Shown here: piece after piece, positions 49,371 through 61,893 of the stretch | Layout: every line of letters starts with the position of its first letter | How positions within the stretch are numbered: the first letter of the stretch is position 1 | Assembly (NCBI GenBank): GCA_048013815.1 | Contig: CM106585.1 | Location: 8,308,001-8,372,000 of the forward strand | Source of the DNA: Setoptus koraiensis | Lineage: Eukaryota > Animalia > Arthropoda | DNA: 64,000 nucleotides | Direction of reading: 5' to 3' | Translations under genes and position numbers: made by a program | Notes under the pieces: model-generated | Told to the model about the DNA's origin: nothing | Databases searched by the model: none | Seen by the model: the letters and a program-made list of their open reading frames with translations, nothing else

Positions 49371-50465
49371 GGGGCATGCGAGAGCACGCCGACTAACGCC
49401 TCGTCGAAATGCGACGACGAGCGAGCGCAGTTAGCGAACGAGCAGTGGCCGTTGTCGCACTCACTCAATCATGCAAACATTGCTCGCTATCAGTCGGCGT
49501 CGGTGAGTCGGCGCGGTGAGTCGCTGTTAGTGAGTCGCCGTCAGTAGTGAGTTTCTAGCGGACTTGGCGCAAATCACTATGGTCCCTAGTCTATGCACTA
49601 GTCCATAGTCAATGGACTCCATACTATGGAATCCATAGTCTATGGACGGGCCAGTGTAAATGAACTCTGACTCTTGCCGCAACGTCTTGCCAGATCTTGC
49701 GAGAGTCAGTGACGAGGAGAGCTTGCCAGAGTGAGAGCCTCTATGCGGTGCAGTCCACGCCAAAGAGTGCGCAGAGTGCCGTATCTCAATGGGAGCCGTA
49801 TGGCTCTGCAAGGAGCAGGCCGACAAGGCCGACAGAGCCCAGTTGACAAGCCGGCGCGCAGTGTTGCTGCCAGCCGCTACTTACTATTACTATTATGTAA
49901 TCTTTTGTCTATGCCTAAATGCGTGTGTGTTGTGCGAGCATCATACATGTGAGACTACAACGAAGCCAAACAAGCCGCATGGCAAGCTAACCGTGGCAAG
50001 CTAACCGTGGCAAGCTGGCTGTTGCAAGCTGGCTGTGGCAGCCCGAAAGTGGCAACAGCAAACTGTACAAGTTACCCAGTTAAGGAGTTAACTGCGCTGG
50101 CTGCATCCTTTCAACTTTTGTCTTGTCTTGCCAAATTATTTTATCATTACTATTGTTGCATCATCATTAGGCACACAAACAAACAAATACACACATACAG
50201 CCAGTGTATACAACGGGCAACGTTATCATTATTATCGTCGTTCATTATAATTGTTGGCGTCGTCGTCGTCGTCGTCGTCGTCGGCGTGTGTTGCCAATTC
50301 CATATACAAACACACAACACAAAAGTTCCCTTCGCTCGCACAGCTCATCGGTTGGCGAGCTTATCGGTGTCAGTGGTTGCCAATAGCATGTATCCGCTAT
50401 CTCTTATTTATTGCCACTTATTTGTTGCACCACGACAACCGACAGCAACCGACAACTGCAACAGC

Positions 50466-50600
50466 AGCAACAACAACCGACAGCGACAGCGGCAACAACA
50501 ACCGACAGCGACAGCGGCAACAACAACCGACAGCGACAGCGGCAACAACAACCGACAGCGACAGCGGCAACAACAACCGACAGCGACAGCAGCAACAACA
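50466..50600. repeat. 25-bp minisatellite (GGCAACAACAACCGACAGCGACAGC), about 5 copies
   Basis: GGCAAC at 50491, 50516, 50541 and 50566. The period is not a multiple of 3, so the overlapping ORFs are probably artefacts. Confidence 0.9.
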
Positions 50601-51073
50601 TCCGACAGCAACAACAGCCACACACAGGATGCTCGCACCATATCCGGCCCCATGCAATTTATGCCGCGATGGCGCAACGCTGCTACCATCGGAGCTTCTC
50701 TAATTATGCTGCCACCACTATTGTGGCGACTGCATTATTTATTGTTGTGCCATTACTGTGCCACTATTGTGCCGTGCTTAGGCTACTCTAATGCTACTAT
50801 TAATATAATATTATGCCGCTATTATGGTCATTGGCCCGCTTCTCGTTTGTTAGCTTGTTAGCTCACCTGTTGATAGCTGCCGGCCGGCCGGCGCTGACTA
50901 GGCGCCGTGTCCATTGACGGGCACCAGTGCTGCCAATGGACACTGCGAGTCCATTGATCGGTGCATCGATCACAATCGGTGTCACACTCGATATAATTGG
51001 TTGCTCATTACAACTGCACAATTGGTCCATTCGAACGGTCCGCTGCTCAATTGATCGATTGGGCCCACATTAA

Positions 51074-51170
51074 ATTCACGTTGGATTCACGTCGGATTCG
51101 CACTGGATTCACACTGCATTCACACTGCATTCACACTGGATTCACACTGCATTCACACTGGATTCACGTT
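51074..51170. repeat. 11-bp minisatellite (ATTCACACTGS), 9 copies
   Basis: ATTCAC recurs every 11 nt from 51074 to 51162. Confidence 0.9.
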
Positions 51171-52917
51171 GTAGCAATGTCAATCTCACAATGTTTGTGC
51201 GCCGGCCGTACAAATGTTAATTAGTTCATTGACGAATCACGCCGATTTTATCAGCAGTGTCAGTGGTGTTTGTGGTGTCAGTGGTGTCAGCGGCCACTCT
51301 GGCCACTCATCGATTATTGGCGTCTGTTGCGTCATTGTTTTGCCGGTGCTAATCAAATGGCGAATTGATATTATGCAATACATGACATAATGTTATTGTT
51401 ATCATTTTTTTTCTTTGTATCGTATCGTTGCGAGAATTGGTTGGCGCGTGTGTCGCAACTTGCGACTCGCAAGTAAGACGCGCCAGCAACTTTCGCTAAC
51501 TAACCTAGCTGACCATTCAATGATCGGCCCTGATTCGGCGCCCACCAGCAAGCGGCCTCCAATCGTTGGAGTGCAATCATCGGAGTGCAATCACTGGAGT
51601 GCAATGGTCGTTGGCTGCCCGTTTACAACTGCAAAACAAACAACAATCAAACAAGTAACGATAAGACAACAATGTTGCTCGCAATTTGCTGGCAACGGCA
51701 AGCGACGAGCGCACATTCGAAGCGACAGATTCAATTGTGCCAACAGCGTGAAACAATTGAATCTCTGGCGATCGTGCTGTCGCGTATCGGCCCATCGGTT
51801 AGCGAGCAAGAGATTGGTTGGTATTAAATGAGAGCCACCATTAACTGCTCTCTCTCAAGGCAACTGCTCTTCAAACTTGTGAGCGCTTCAAACTTTCATC
51901 GGCTTCGTGCGCGCTCGCCCAATAAGATAATAATACTCACAATATGATAATATATACACAATATGATGATATGCACACAATATGATGATATACACAATAG
52001 CCAGAACAACAATAAAATCTTTTGTTAGCCACTGCTCACGTTCGCTCGCCCGCTTGCCGTTGCCCACCTATCCACAGCGATCTATCCATCCGCGCGCCAA
52101 TCTACACATCGCTGCGTATCCCATGCCAATGCGCCCGCTTATGGAGCCATCCGTTTATCCGTCTATCTATCCACCTATTTATCCACCTATTTATCCCTCT
52201 ATTTAGCTATCTATTTAGCTATCTATTTAGCTATCTATGCGTCCGTGTGTGTGTAGCCGCATTTATGCGTGCTTCGTTCGCTCGCTGGCCGCCAAACAGT
52301 TTGCCAACTGCCGAGCAGTTTGCTACCTGCAAACTGTTTAGGCGCACAATTGGCGTCCATTTATCCGTTTGCTACCTGTTCGGCTCGTTGTGCCGCTTGT
52401 TTCGGCTGCCGGTTGCGGCTGCCCGGTGTGGCTGCCCGGTGGTAGATGATCCCGGCTCGTCCACTCCGATCCGACGCAATCCGACTTGACGCTTGGCGCT
52501 CACGAGAAGCCGATAAGATCAGATCAGATTAGACGCAAGTCGCGCAAATGGTGTGCGAATCGCCCGTTATCTATTGGATGTATTAATTGTATTGCATTAT
52601 ACAGCGGACAGCGCTTGCATCGTGCCCGCCCGTTGCCGGCGCCCGATTTTATCGCACACAGGCGCTTCTTTGGATCGCTTCGTTTTTATTTAAGCCAGCT
52701 CACAACGCGCGATCCACTAATCTAATTCAAGTGTCAGCCGTTGCTCTAATTGAGCCAGTCGGCCGCTCACGCTCCGGTGGCAGCGCCGGCCGGCCGGCCG
52801 CTCCAGATGCGATCGGCGGCCCGAGCGGAACGCATTCGATCGGGCAGGGCGTCTTTGCATACATTATTGGCGATATTTAGACGACAACAAACGTGCTACC
52901 TCTCGCTGCCTGATTTG

Positions 52918-52986
52918 CGAGCCGATTGCGCAACAGTGGCGAGCCGATTGCGCAACAGTGGCGAGCCGATTGCGCAATAGCGGCGA
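52918..52986. repeat. 22-bp tandem repeat (GAGCCGATTGCGCAACAGTGGC), about 3 copies
   Basis: Directly visible. Confidence 0.85.
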
Positions 52987-53980
52987 CCGGCCGACACTTG
53001 CAAATGGCAGCCGCTTGTTGCCGCATGCGAGCTCTCAACTTTTGCAACAACTTTAATTAGCAATCTTGTTTTGCTTGCACAACGCAGTCGACGGACGGAC
53101 AGTGGCCTCGTCCTTTCCCACAGCCCGTCATCATTTATTGATTTGTTTGTGTGTGTGTGACCAACAACCAACAAACAACAAACAGCAAATCTCTGGCGTT
53201 GCTGACAGCCGATGTCGAGATGCGGCCCTCGCCTGTTCCGCTGGCTGTCGTTGGCAATAATTATGTTTATTGCCAACATGCTCATTGCCGACATGACCGA
53301 CAAATCAAAAACTGACCAACGCGGCCCGAGACGTGAATTGGATTTGATGTGTCCGGTGGCCCGAAATATGCAAAACAAGTGCCCGAGCGAGCCGAAAAAT
53401 ACCAGTCAAAATAAGCCAAAGTGAGTCCAAGTGAGAGGGCGACTTTCGCTGGCAGCGCTGGCAACTCTCGCTGGCGACTCTGGCAACTTTCACGAGTAAC
53501 GGTCGGCTGATTCATCGGCCGCCATCATCATTGGCGAGGCGTCCGTGCCGCCATTGCGACGACACCGCCATCGGACATTGTTGTTATTGTTGTTATTATT
53601 ACTGTTATTATTATTATCATTTTTATTATTATTAGGACCCCAATAAACGAGTTTCAGGCGATGCCAGCGCCGCCCGACATCGGTGGGTCAACATTGGCCA
53701 GCTCAACAATGTTGGCCGGCTCAACAACAAACCACCGGCCGGCAACTCGTCTAACGAGCTGTATTTCCGCTCACATCTAATGTGACAGAACGTGATGATG
53801 AGCGGCATGACCAACCGACCAATTGCGAGATGAACGACCGACTGGCAATTTTTCAGTCACAAATGCCTACTCGGCCGCTCCAGTTTATTACGCTGCTCGT
53901 CACAGTATTATTATGGCCACTGGCTGTGTGTATCGGCACGGCTCATGGCGAGCGCCCCAAACCAATTGGTCGGGCAGCAG

Positions 53981-54090
53981 TATTCATTTATTGGTCGGAT
54001 AAGTTATTTGTTGGTCGGATTGTTCATTTATTCGTCGGATTGTTCATTTATTCGTCGGATTATTCATTTATTGGCCGGATTATTCATTTG
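53981..54090. repeat. 20-bp minisatellite (TRTTCATTTATTSGTCGGAT), about 5.5 copies
   Basis: Directly visible in exact 20-nt register. Confidence 0.9.
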
Positions 54091-56466
54091 GCGTGCGAGT
54101 TTCTATCAGTATTTGCAGCGTCATGCCAGCGCCAGCGATTGCGTTACAATGCCCATGATTCGTTGCCATACGCAACGGTTGCGCAGCGGCTCCGTGCGCC
54201 AATTAATCATTGCTTGATATTTGATTTTGTTTTATTGCGACCACGCTGCCCTCAAACGATGCTAAGGCCCATGATTTGTAGCGGCTCATGGCTCCCATTC
54301 ACGCTGTTGTGACTTGTTGTTCGTGCGCGACCTTTCGCTCGCTTTGTCAGCATTGTGCCCCGATGAATATCCGTTCTAACGAATGCGGCATCATAGTATC
54401 ATCTCGTTCGGTTTGCAGCGACACACTCGGCAAATAAAGAGAGACTCGACAAAGCTTTTGCCAGATAATGAAAGCGACTCTCTCTCTCGCTCTTTCTCAA
54501 TCGGTGTTTCTTTTTTCGTCGAACGCCGAACGCACTCACCTGGCCAACACCGAGCCCTCACCTGGCGAACATCAAGCGCTGGCCTGGCGAACGCACTCGA
54601 CCGGCGACGCCAAACACTGGAATTGCATCAATGCAAACAATTTTCACATCAGCATCTGACGTGGGCAACATGAGAGTTACATAACATTGCAACACCGAGC
54701 ACATCTCTCACTGGCGGCTGTTATCGCATGAGGGGCGAAAGTTGCCAGGCCAAAAGTTGTTCGGCGTGTATCAATGGAATAACTAATGTTGTTGTTATTA
54801 CTTTATTGGACTTGTATTGATATTTTGCCGGCGGCCGTGTTGTTGTTGGCCCTGTTGAATGACGGCGGCGGCGGCAGCAGCAACAACAACAACAACAACA
54901 ACGACGACCACGGTTGTTGTTGTTGATGCTGCTGCCGTTGTTGCCGTTGAAAGAAAATGCGCGAAGCAACATGTAAATTATTCAATTGTTCTATACCATT
55001 AACTTGTTGTTTATTAGTCATTCAATTGGCTCTTCGCTGGCAACGGCCGGCCGGCCGGCGTGTTGCAACGAATCAACAAGTGAAAACAGTTTATTATTAT
55101 GTAACTCCATGAGTGTGTTTGCGTACCATAAGGTGATAAGAGCGACGGTCAGTCTCTTCCTCGTCTTTTGATTGTTCTGATTCTTTTGATTGTTTAATCA
55201 GCAACAACACCCGTTCGCTTGTAACGGTCACTTTATAAACACAACACGGCACACAAACAAGTTGCAGTTCTTCTCCTCTCAATCCGTACTCTAATGCATA
55301 TTCTAATGCAAACTCTAACGCAAACTCTAATGCAGCTTCAACCGCCCCCAACATTAATCAGAGTGCGATTATCAGACACGTTAATTGCAATGTGCGGTTT
55401 GTGTGAGTGAAAATAGATGGATAAACAAAGATTGATGACCTGGTCAGTGTCAAATTTGAATGATGCCCATTTTCACCTCGTTTAAGTTGTAATGTTTTGT
55501 TTTGTTTTCTTCCAAACTAATTGACATTGATCGGCCTTTTATAAATACCCAAGCTTGACACAACAGTCGTTTGTTTGTCCGCTCAATGGCATCCCCAGAT
55601 TGATTAGCTTTGGGATGGCGACTGTCAAGTTTGCGTGCAATCAAACCCTAAGATAATAATAACAGACAGTGATAATGGATATTGTTGCGGCCGACTCACC
55701 AAGAATCGCCAAGCCAGCCCCCGAATAAATCATGCAAACACGTACACTTATTACGTGAGCTTATTGTTATGAGGCGCATTTTTCAATTATTTATTTATTT
55801 ATTATTAACGAAATGGGTGAGTCTTAACAGCCGTACAAGCAGCATGTTGGCGCCAATAGTGGCAAAAAAGTTATTATGATTCTCGCCAACGATAAATAAG
55901 CGAGCGTGCATAGTGGCTGACTCAATTTGATTACGTAATGTTGGCGTGGCTTTTTCTATGATTGTGGGCCATTAATCATGTGTGCAGCATATTTAATGAT
56001 TGCCAGAATGATTGTTAAAACGATTGCTTAAAAACGATGAATATAATAGGAAAAAAGTGGCTCAACAATGCACATGCTGTAACCCGTTTGACTCTGATTT
56101 GGGGTTGAAACTGGCCCGCGCCCGAAGGACAAATTTGTCAAGCCGCTAGGTGCCTCTATTAGCCAAGCGCATCTTCTCTTGCGCCACTCTGTTCCCATGT
56201 CCGGATTGTTGGGCTGCATGGCTCACACGGCAACAGGTTGAATGGCAATATGAAAAGTGGTAGCCGGTTAGTCGAAATTGAGCCGTCTATCAAGTGACAG
56301 ACCATCAATTCGATGGTATCACATTTGACACTGTCAAATGAATTGGCTGCATCCTGGTCTGACTTACGCAACTGGCGTTGGCATTACGCAATTGCGTCAC
56401 CCATACGACTGCATGCTACGCTACATATAAATGTAAATATAAATAAAACTATATAAATATACGCAT

Positions 56467-56503
56467 AACAGCGGTTACATAACGGCGTTATGTAACCGCT
56501 GTT
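56467..56503. other. Perfect 17-bp inverted repeat with 3-nt loop
   Basis: AACAGCGGTTACATAAC-GGC-GTTATGTAACCGCTGTT. Confidence 0.95.
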
Positions 56504-56974
56504 CGTTATGATAACGGTACACAACTGTTGCGAAACTTTCGAAGCAATTACCTTTGGTAACTTGAATCACATCTCATGACTCAGCCTGACAGTGTCAGGT
56601 GACGTATGCGATATGGAGCTTGTTGCACCGGCGACAACTGTTGCTGCTGTCAGCCGGCTTGTTACAACAAGTGTGACACGGGTGTCGGAGTGGCGGCCGA
56701 TGCTAATTATATTGCTGTTGCGCAGTTGTTTGGTATTCATGATTTGACATGGTCAATTTGTAAATTTCTAGCCAGTCGCCAGCTTGATTAGTTGGTTACA
56801 ACAAGTGTGAGACAGCAAAATTGTGAATAGTTGCTCGTAATGGATAGATGGCGAAAAGTTGTTTTCTCTTTCGGGGCGGTGTGCATGCGATCGCTGTACG
56901 ATCATTATCACGCTGGCGCCAGATCGCTGCTCATATCCATGGCTGGATATATCGCTCAACAGATCACTGGACAT

Positions 56975-57086
56975 ATTCATGGCTGGATATGTCCATGGCT
57001 GGTTAAGTCCATGGCTGGATACGTCCATGTCTGGATAGGTCCATGGCTGAACATGTCCATGGATGGATATGTGCATGGCAGGACAT
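56975..57086. repeat. 16-bp minisatellite (GTCCATGGCTGGATAT-like), 7 copies
   Basis: Units start at 56975, 56991, 57007, 57023, 57039, 57055 and 57071. Confidence 0.9.
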
Positions 57087-57654
57087 GGATGGATGTGGTG
57101 GTGGCAAGTCGAGTTTTATACTTGCGTATTTATCTGTTTGCAAGTTGCAGCCAGACCCAACAAGTGAGCGGCCCGTCTGTTCCCGTTGCCTGCCCACTTA
57201 ACCTAATTATACCATTCAGTTGTGCAAATGCGTTGCACAACCAACAACAATCTGAATTTGTTCACGTTGATCGGCGGCCGAATGATCATCATTTGCATAA
57301 TGCTAATGATATTGAATGTCATTATTCAATTAGGCACCAACTAAATAGCGACTGACAGGCGTCCATGACGATGGCCAACAAGTTATTAGTGGCCGCTTGC
57401 GTAACATTGTTTCTGTCCACCGATTGCTACTGTCTAGTGTTTGTGTCTAGCGTTTGTGTCTATCATTTGTGCCCGGCGTTTGTGTCTAGCTTATAAAGGT
57501 CGATGCATCGAGACGAGCGGACAAACTTGCAGAGTTTGCTCTGATGCTCACAGTTTGTTGTTTGGCGGCGCCAACGTGAGGCCATTGCAAGCTGATGAGC
57601 AAATTAAAATTAGAAATCAGCTCAGTTCGCCAGATAAGAATCTCTCCTCTCATT

Positions 57655-57740
57655 CTCGCTGCATCTCGCTGCATCTCGCTGCATCTCGCTGCATCTCGCT
57701 GCATCTCGCTGCATCTTGCTGCATCTCGCTGCATCTCGCC
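57655..57740. repeat. 10-bp minisatellite (GCATCTCGCT), about 8 copies
   Basis: Directly visible. Confidence 0.95.
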
Positions 57741-58610
57741 ATGTTTCTCGGTCTGGCCACACCGGCCGACCGTTAGAGTGACGGCGTTAGTCGCTGGTCG
57801 GCGTCTAGCAAGCGATCGACGTCTACCTGTGATCGAGTCGATCATTTCAACGCCGACCGGTGAGCGTGAACACGGTGCCATCTCCACGAGAGACACCCGG
57901 TGACACACTCACGCCGAGCTCTTGAGCGCAGCAAGCGAATGTCCGTTTGAGAGAGCGAGCCCAACAAGTGTAAACATTGCAAATAACAAATTAATTTGCC
58001 TAATTCACACACAAATCTGTCCATGTGCGACGCACAACAAGGCCAAAGAGCGAGAAACTATTTTAAGATCATGATGCAACAAGCTGATGCTGATGATATA
58101 ACAACAAGCAACGGCAAACTGGCGCACAAAATAAACTCACTTTGCCGGGCTTGCAAATGGGCCAATGAGCGCATCTTTGGACGAGCCAGCATTTGAGCAG
58201 GCGGCAAAAGCATGCAAAAGCCATTATGTAAATTGAATTTGCATGTCCTGTCTGTGGCCGGTGGCCGGTGACCATTCGATACATATCGTTACATGGTATT
58301 TTGGTGTGTATTTTTGCAGTGTTTGCATACTGCAAACTGTGTACAAACTACAAAATTAAGCGACTTATTGCCGTTGTTTGAATAATTACTGAACTCTCGT
58401 CGCAAATTGCGGTAGCGGCCCAATGATACCGGCAACGGTGTCAGCATAACTGACAAGAGACAGCATAAATGAGACGGCATAACGACCAGCCAGAATAACG
58501 CAGCCGGTGGGGCTATCAGATGGCTCGTTAGTGTAATCACATTATGTGCATTCTCACGGCTGCAACTGACAACTTGTGAGTGTGATCGTGCGCAATTGTG
58601 CGCTTCCGGT

Positions 58611-58730
58611 GCCATGTCTACCCCTGCCGAGCCATGTCTACCCCTGCCGAGCCATGTCTACCCCTGCCGAGCCATGTCTACCCATCTCGAGCCATGTCGA
58701 GCCATGTCGAGCCATGTCGAGCCATGTCGA
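58611..58730. repeat. Compound 20-bp/10-bp minisatellite (GCCATGTCTACCCCTGCCGA)n then (GCCATGTCGA)4
   Basis: Directly visible in 10-nt register. Confidence 0.95.
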
Positions 58731-60080
58731 GGGCCGAAAATGACAACTGCGGAGGTGGTTTGGCCGATGCAGTTGCAACGACAGTGGCCACTTTGCGACT
58801 GTCGGACAGTGGCCGAGTAATTAGACGGTGGTCGCGTTAGTGTCAATCGCTGTCACTGGTCCAGTGAGCAAAAGTTGCAATTGGCGCCATTAGATATCAA
58901 CAGATAGTTGGCCGATATCAATAAATGGATTATTAAGTGAGCGACCAAGGACGCACAAAAGATGAATAAAAAGCAGCCTCGGGCTGGCCGATGCGTCTTG
59001 GCCATTCATTGCATGCGAGCAACAATAATGGTTGTTTGTTTTATTGACTAATGTTTTATCGGGCAACATCAACAACAACAGCAGCAACAACGACAGCGGC
59101 GGCAACAACAACAGCAACAACGACAACAACAACAACAACAACAAGAGCACGACATGTTGGCATCGTTTGTTATTAATCACAGACAAACACGATTGGCCGG
59201 CAACAATTCATAGACACTCAATAGGTTGCTGCTCAATTTGCGCCACTGGCCACTGCGAGTTGCCCTGGGAACTGGCAGTGCAAATGGACAAATAAACAGT
59301 GGACAGATGAACGGAAACAGCAACAAGTTTGCTCGTCGCAGCAATGTTAATCGGCCCGCCAGCCGACCGACAAGCAACCATGACCGACGGGCCGGCCCGT
59401 CGGGCGGCCCTATTGAGCGGCCCTATCGAGCGGCCAGGTATCATCATTGCGGGCCGATAATCGCTTAATGTTATTTGCGATAATTTGCGATATTTGCGTC
59501 AGTTGCGTCAGTTGCGTTGTTTGCTTCTTTTGCGTTGCTGTTGCGATATTTGTGTAAGTGTGTTTGCACTTTGCCGGCCACCGAGCGCTAAACTATCATT
59601 AGCACAGATTATTAATTTCGTTGCAACACATTGAACACACACTGAATATATAAATGTAATTATTTGAACAAACTGACTAATTAGCGCCGACAGTGTCCAC
59701 TTGCATATAACACCAACAGTTTGGCCGATTACGGCCGTCACAATAACGGCAACAGTAAGGGCTACATTGTGACTGTTGCAAGTGCACTAATTGGCGCAAA
59801 TGTCGCTGCAAATGTCGCTGCAAATCGATCAAGATCGGGCAAGCCGGCAAACGGCAGCAAGAGGCAGCGTGAGGCAGCAAGCGGCAATAGTGACAACTTG
59901 TGACCGACAATTGTCAGCCGCAGCCGTCAAACAGAGGCCAGATTGTTGGTGTCGGCACACAGTGTGTAGCTGTTGTGCAGGAAGTCACCGGTCACAATGA
60001 TTGCGTCAACCAATTAATTGATTACAGGTAATATCGATATTACCACACCGGTGTGTTCGCTCCATGTACATGAACAATTT

Positions 60081-60128
60081 GCAAGTGAGCAAGTGAGCAA
60101 GTGAGCAAGTGAGCAAGTGAGCAAGTGT
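60081..60128. repeat. 8-bp repeat (GCAAGTGA), about 6 copies
   Basis: Directly visible. Confidence 0.9.
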
Positions 60129-61837
60129 GAGCTCAAGAGAGTGAATGCGAAATTAATCACGAGAGGAAGTTGGAGTGACTTTGATCATCAAACAGGCAAC
60201 AACGAGCGCACATTTCATGCACATCATTTGCATGCCGTCGTTTAAATCATCATCATCGTGTGCTTGACCACCATCAAACTCACCTGGCGAAGCGCTCTCA
60301 TCCATCTTCATCATGGGCAAGTGGCGTTGCCGTGGCTGTTGCCGCTGTGGCGACCATTTGTTTTAATCATCGTTTGTTTGGCTCTATTTCCTCGGCGCTG
60401 GCGGCAGCAGCCTCTAAATCACGGCTACCACCGCGCTGGTCACTCTGCACCGGCCACCGACCGGCCACCGACTGGCCGCACAAACAGCGGCCAGAGTTGG
60501 CCTGAGAAAGTTGCCGGCTCGCTCGACGCCCACAAGTTTCCTTTTTGGCCCTGGTTGCCATTGATGACGCCATTCCGGCTGATATACGCATACGCTCAAT
60601 GGTCAGCTGGGATAGGCTGTGCAAGAGTGTGCGATCCGACAAAAAGTTGTCGGATAAAATTTGTAAACTGCTCTCGCTCTCACTACAGCGTCCTAACAGC
60701 CATATATGTGTATGTGTGTTACATTTATGATGATGGCTTGCCATTCAACAATTATGGTCATAATTCGGCTGACCGGCCGAATCGCCGGCAACAACAACAA
60801 CAGCAACAACAGCATCAACAACGACAGCAACAACAGCAACAACGGCAACAACAACGGCAACAACAACGGCAACAACAACGGCAACAACAGCAACAACAAC
60901 GGCGACGACAACAATTTGCTGTTGCTGGTGCAACGAGTGCCGGCCAATAATGGCCGCATCAATCAATTGCTGCCAATTGATAGAGCCATGCACCGATGCA
61001 ACCAACGCCAGCCCGTCGCAGTGCCAGCCTTTTAAAATCTACAACTATCAAGATCATTAGACCAACTAATTTGTCAGTGCCAGCTGATTTGTGTGCCAAA
61101 TTGGTGGCCGTTGTTGCATTCTTATAACACTCACTCATAACTCATGGCTCGCAACAACAGAGCCAGCGAGAGAGAAGATAAAGTGGGCGTCGGCCATTAC
61201 GTAATTGTTTCTTTTCAGGCGCTTCTCATTATACATCATATATTATGTAACGTATAACATATAATAATAATAATATATGTTATTGAGCGCTCATTGGAGA
61301 TGCTGGCCGCTCAATAACAACGAGAACGCTCAATAACAACGAAAACATTCAATGAGACTCTCATTATGAGAGCTCGAACGGCTCGGCCACCAAGCCCACT
61401 TGTTGGGCAGCTAGATACAGGCAGGTCGGCGTCAATGCGAGCTATCAATGTGAGCTATCAGTGAGTAGACTATACTCAAAAGAGTCAGTAGAGGCGCTGC
61501 AAACAACAATCCGGCAATCCGGCAATTCAACCGTCTGACCACGAGAGAGCGAGTTATTTTGTGATAACAGTTTGTGCAATAATGTGCTCAAGCGAGCGAT
61601 TGCAATCGTTGAAATATCAATCGCTCACGCTGTAAATGCTGCAAATAAATGTGAGCAAATAAAGTGACGGCCACCAGTAATGAGAGTTAGACAATAATTG
61701 AACAACAATTCCTGTTTGCCCCTTCGTACGCACAACAAGTGATTATTTAAATTAATTATTTCACTCGGGCCACTTGTGAGTCCATTGACAATTGATTCAC
61801 GCCCAGTGTTACAGCGTGCCACCATTGGCCGTGCACT

Positions 61838-61893
61838 AACCGGTGACTGAACTGGTGACTGAACCGGTGACTGAACCGGTGACTGAACCGGTG
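61838..61893. repeat. 12-bp repeat (AACCGGTGACTG), 5 copies
   Basis: AAC(C/T)GGTG at 61838, 61850, 61862, 61874 and 61886. Confidence 0.9.

Noticed and set aside
53981-58730. Regularly spaced repeats resembling CRISPR arrays
   Set aside because: The units are head-to-tail with no unique spacers, there are no cas genes, and the context is eukaryotic.
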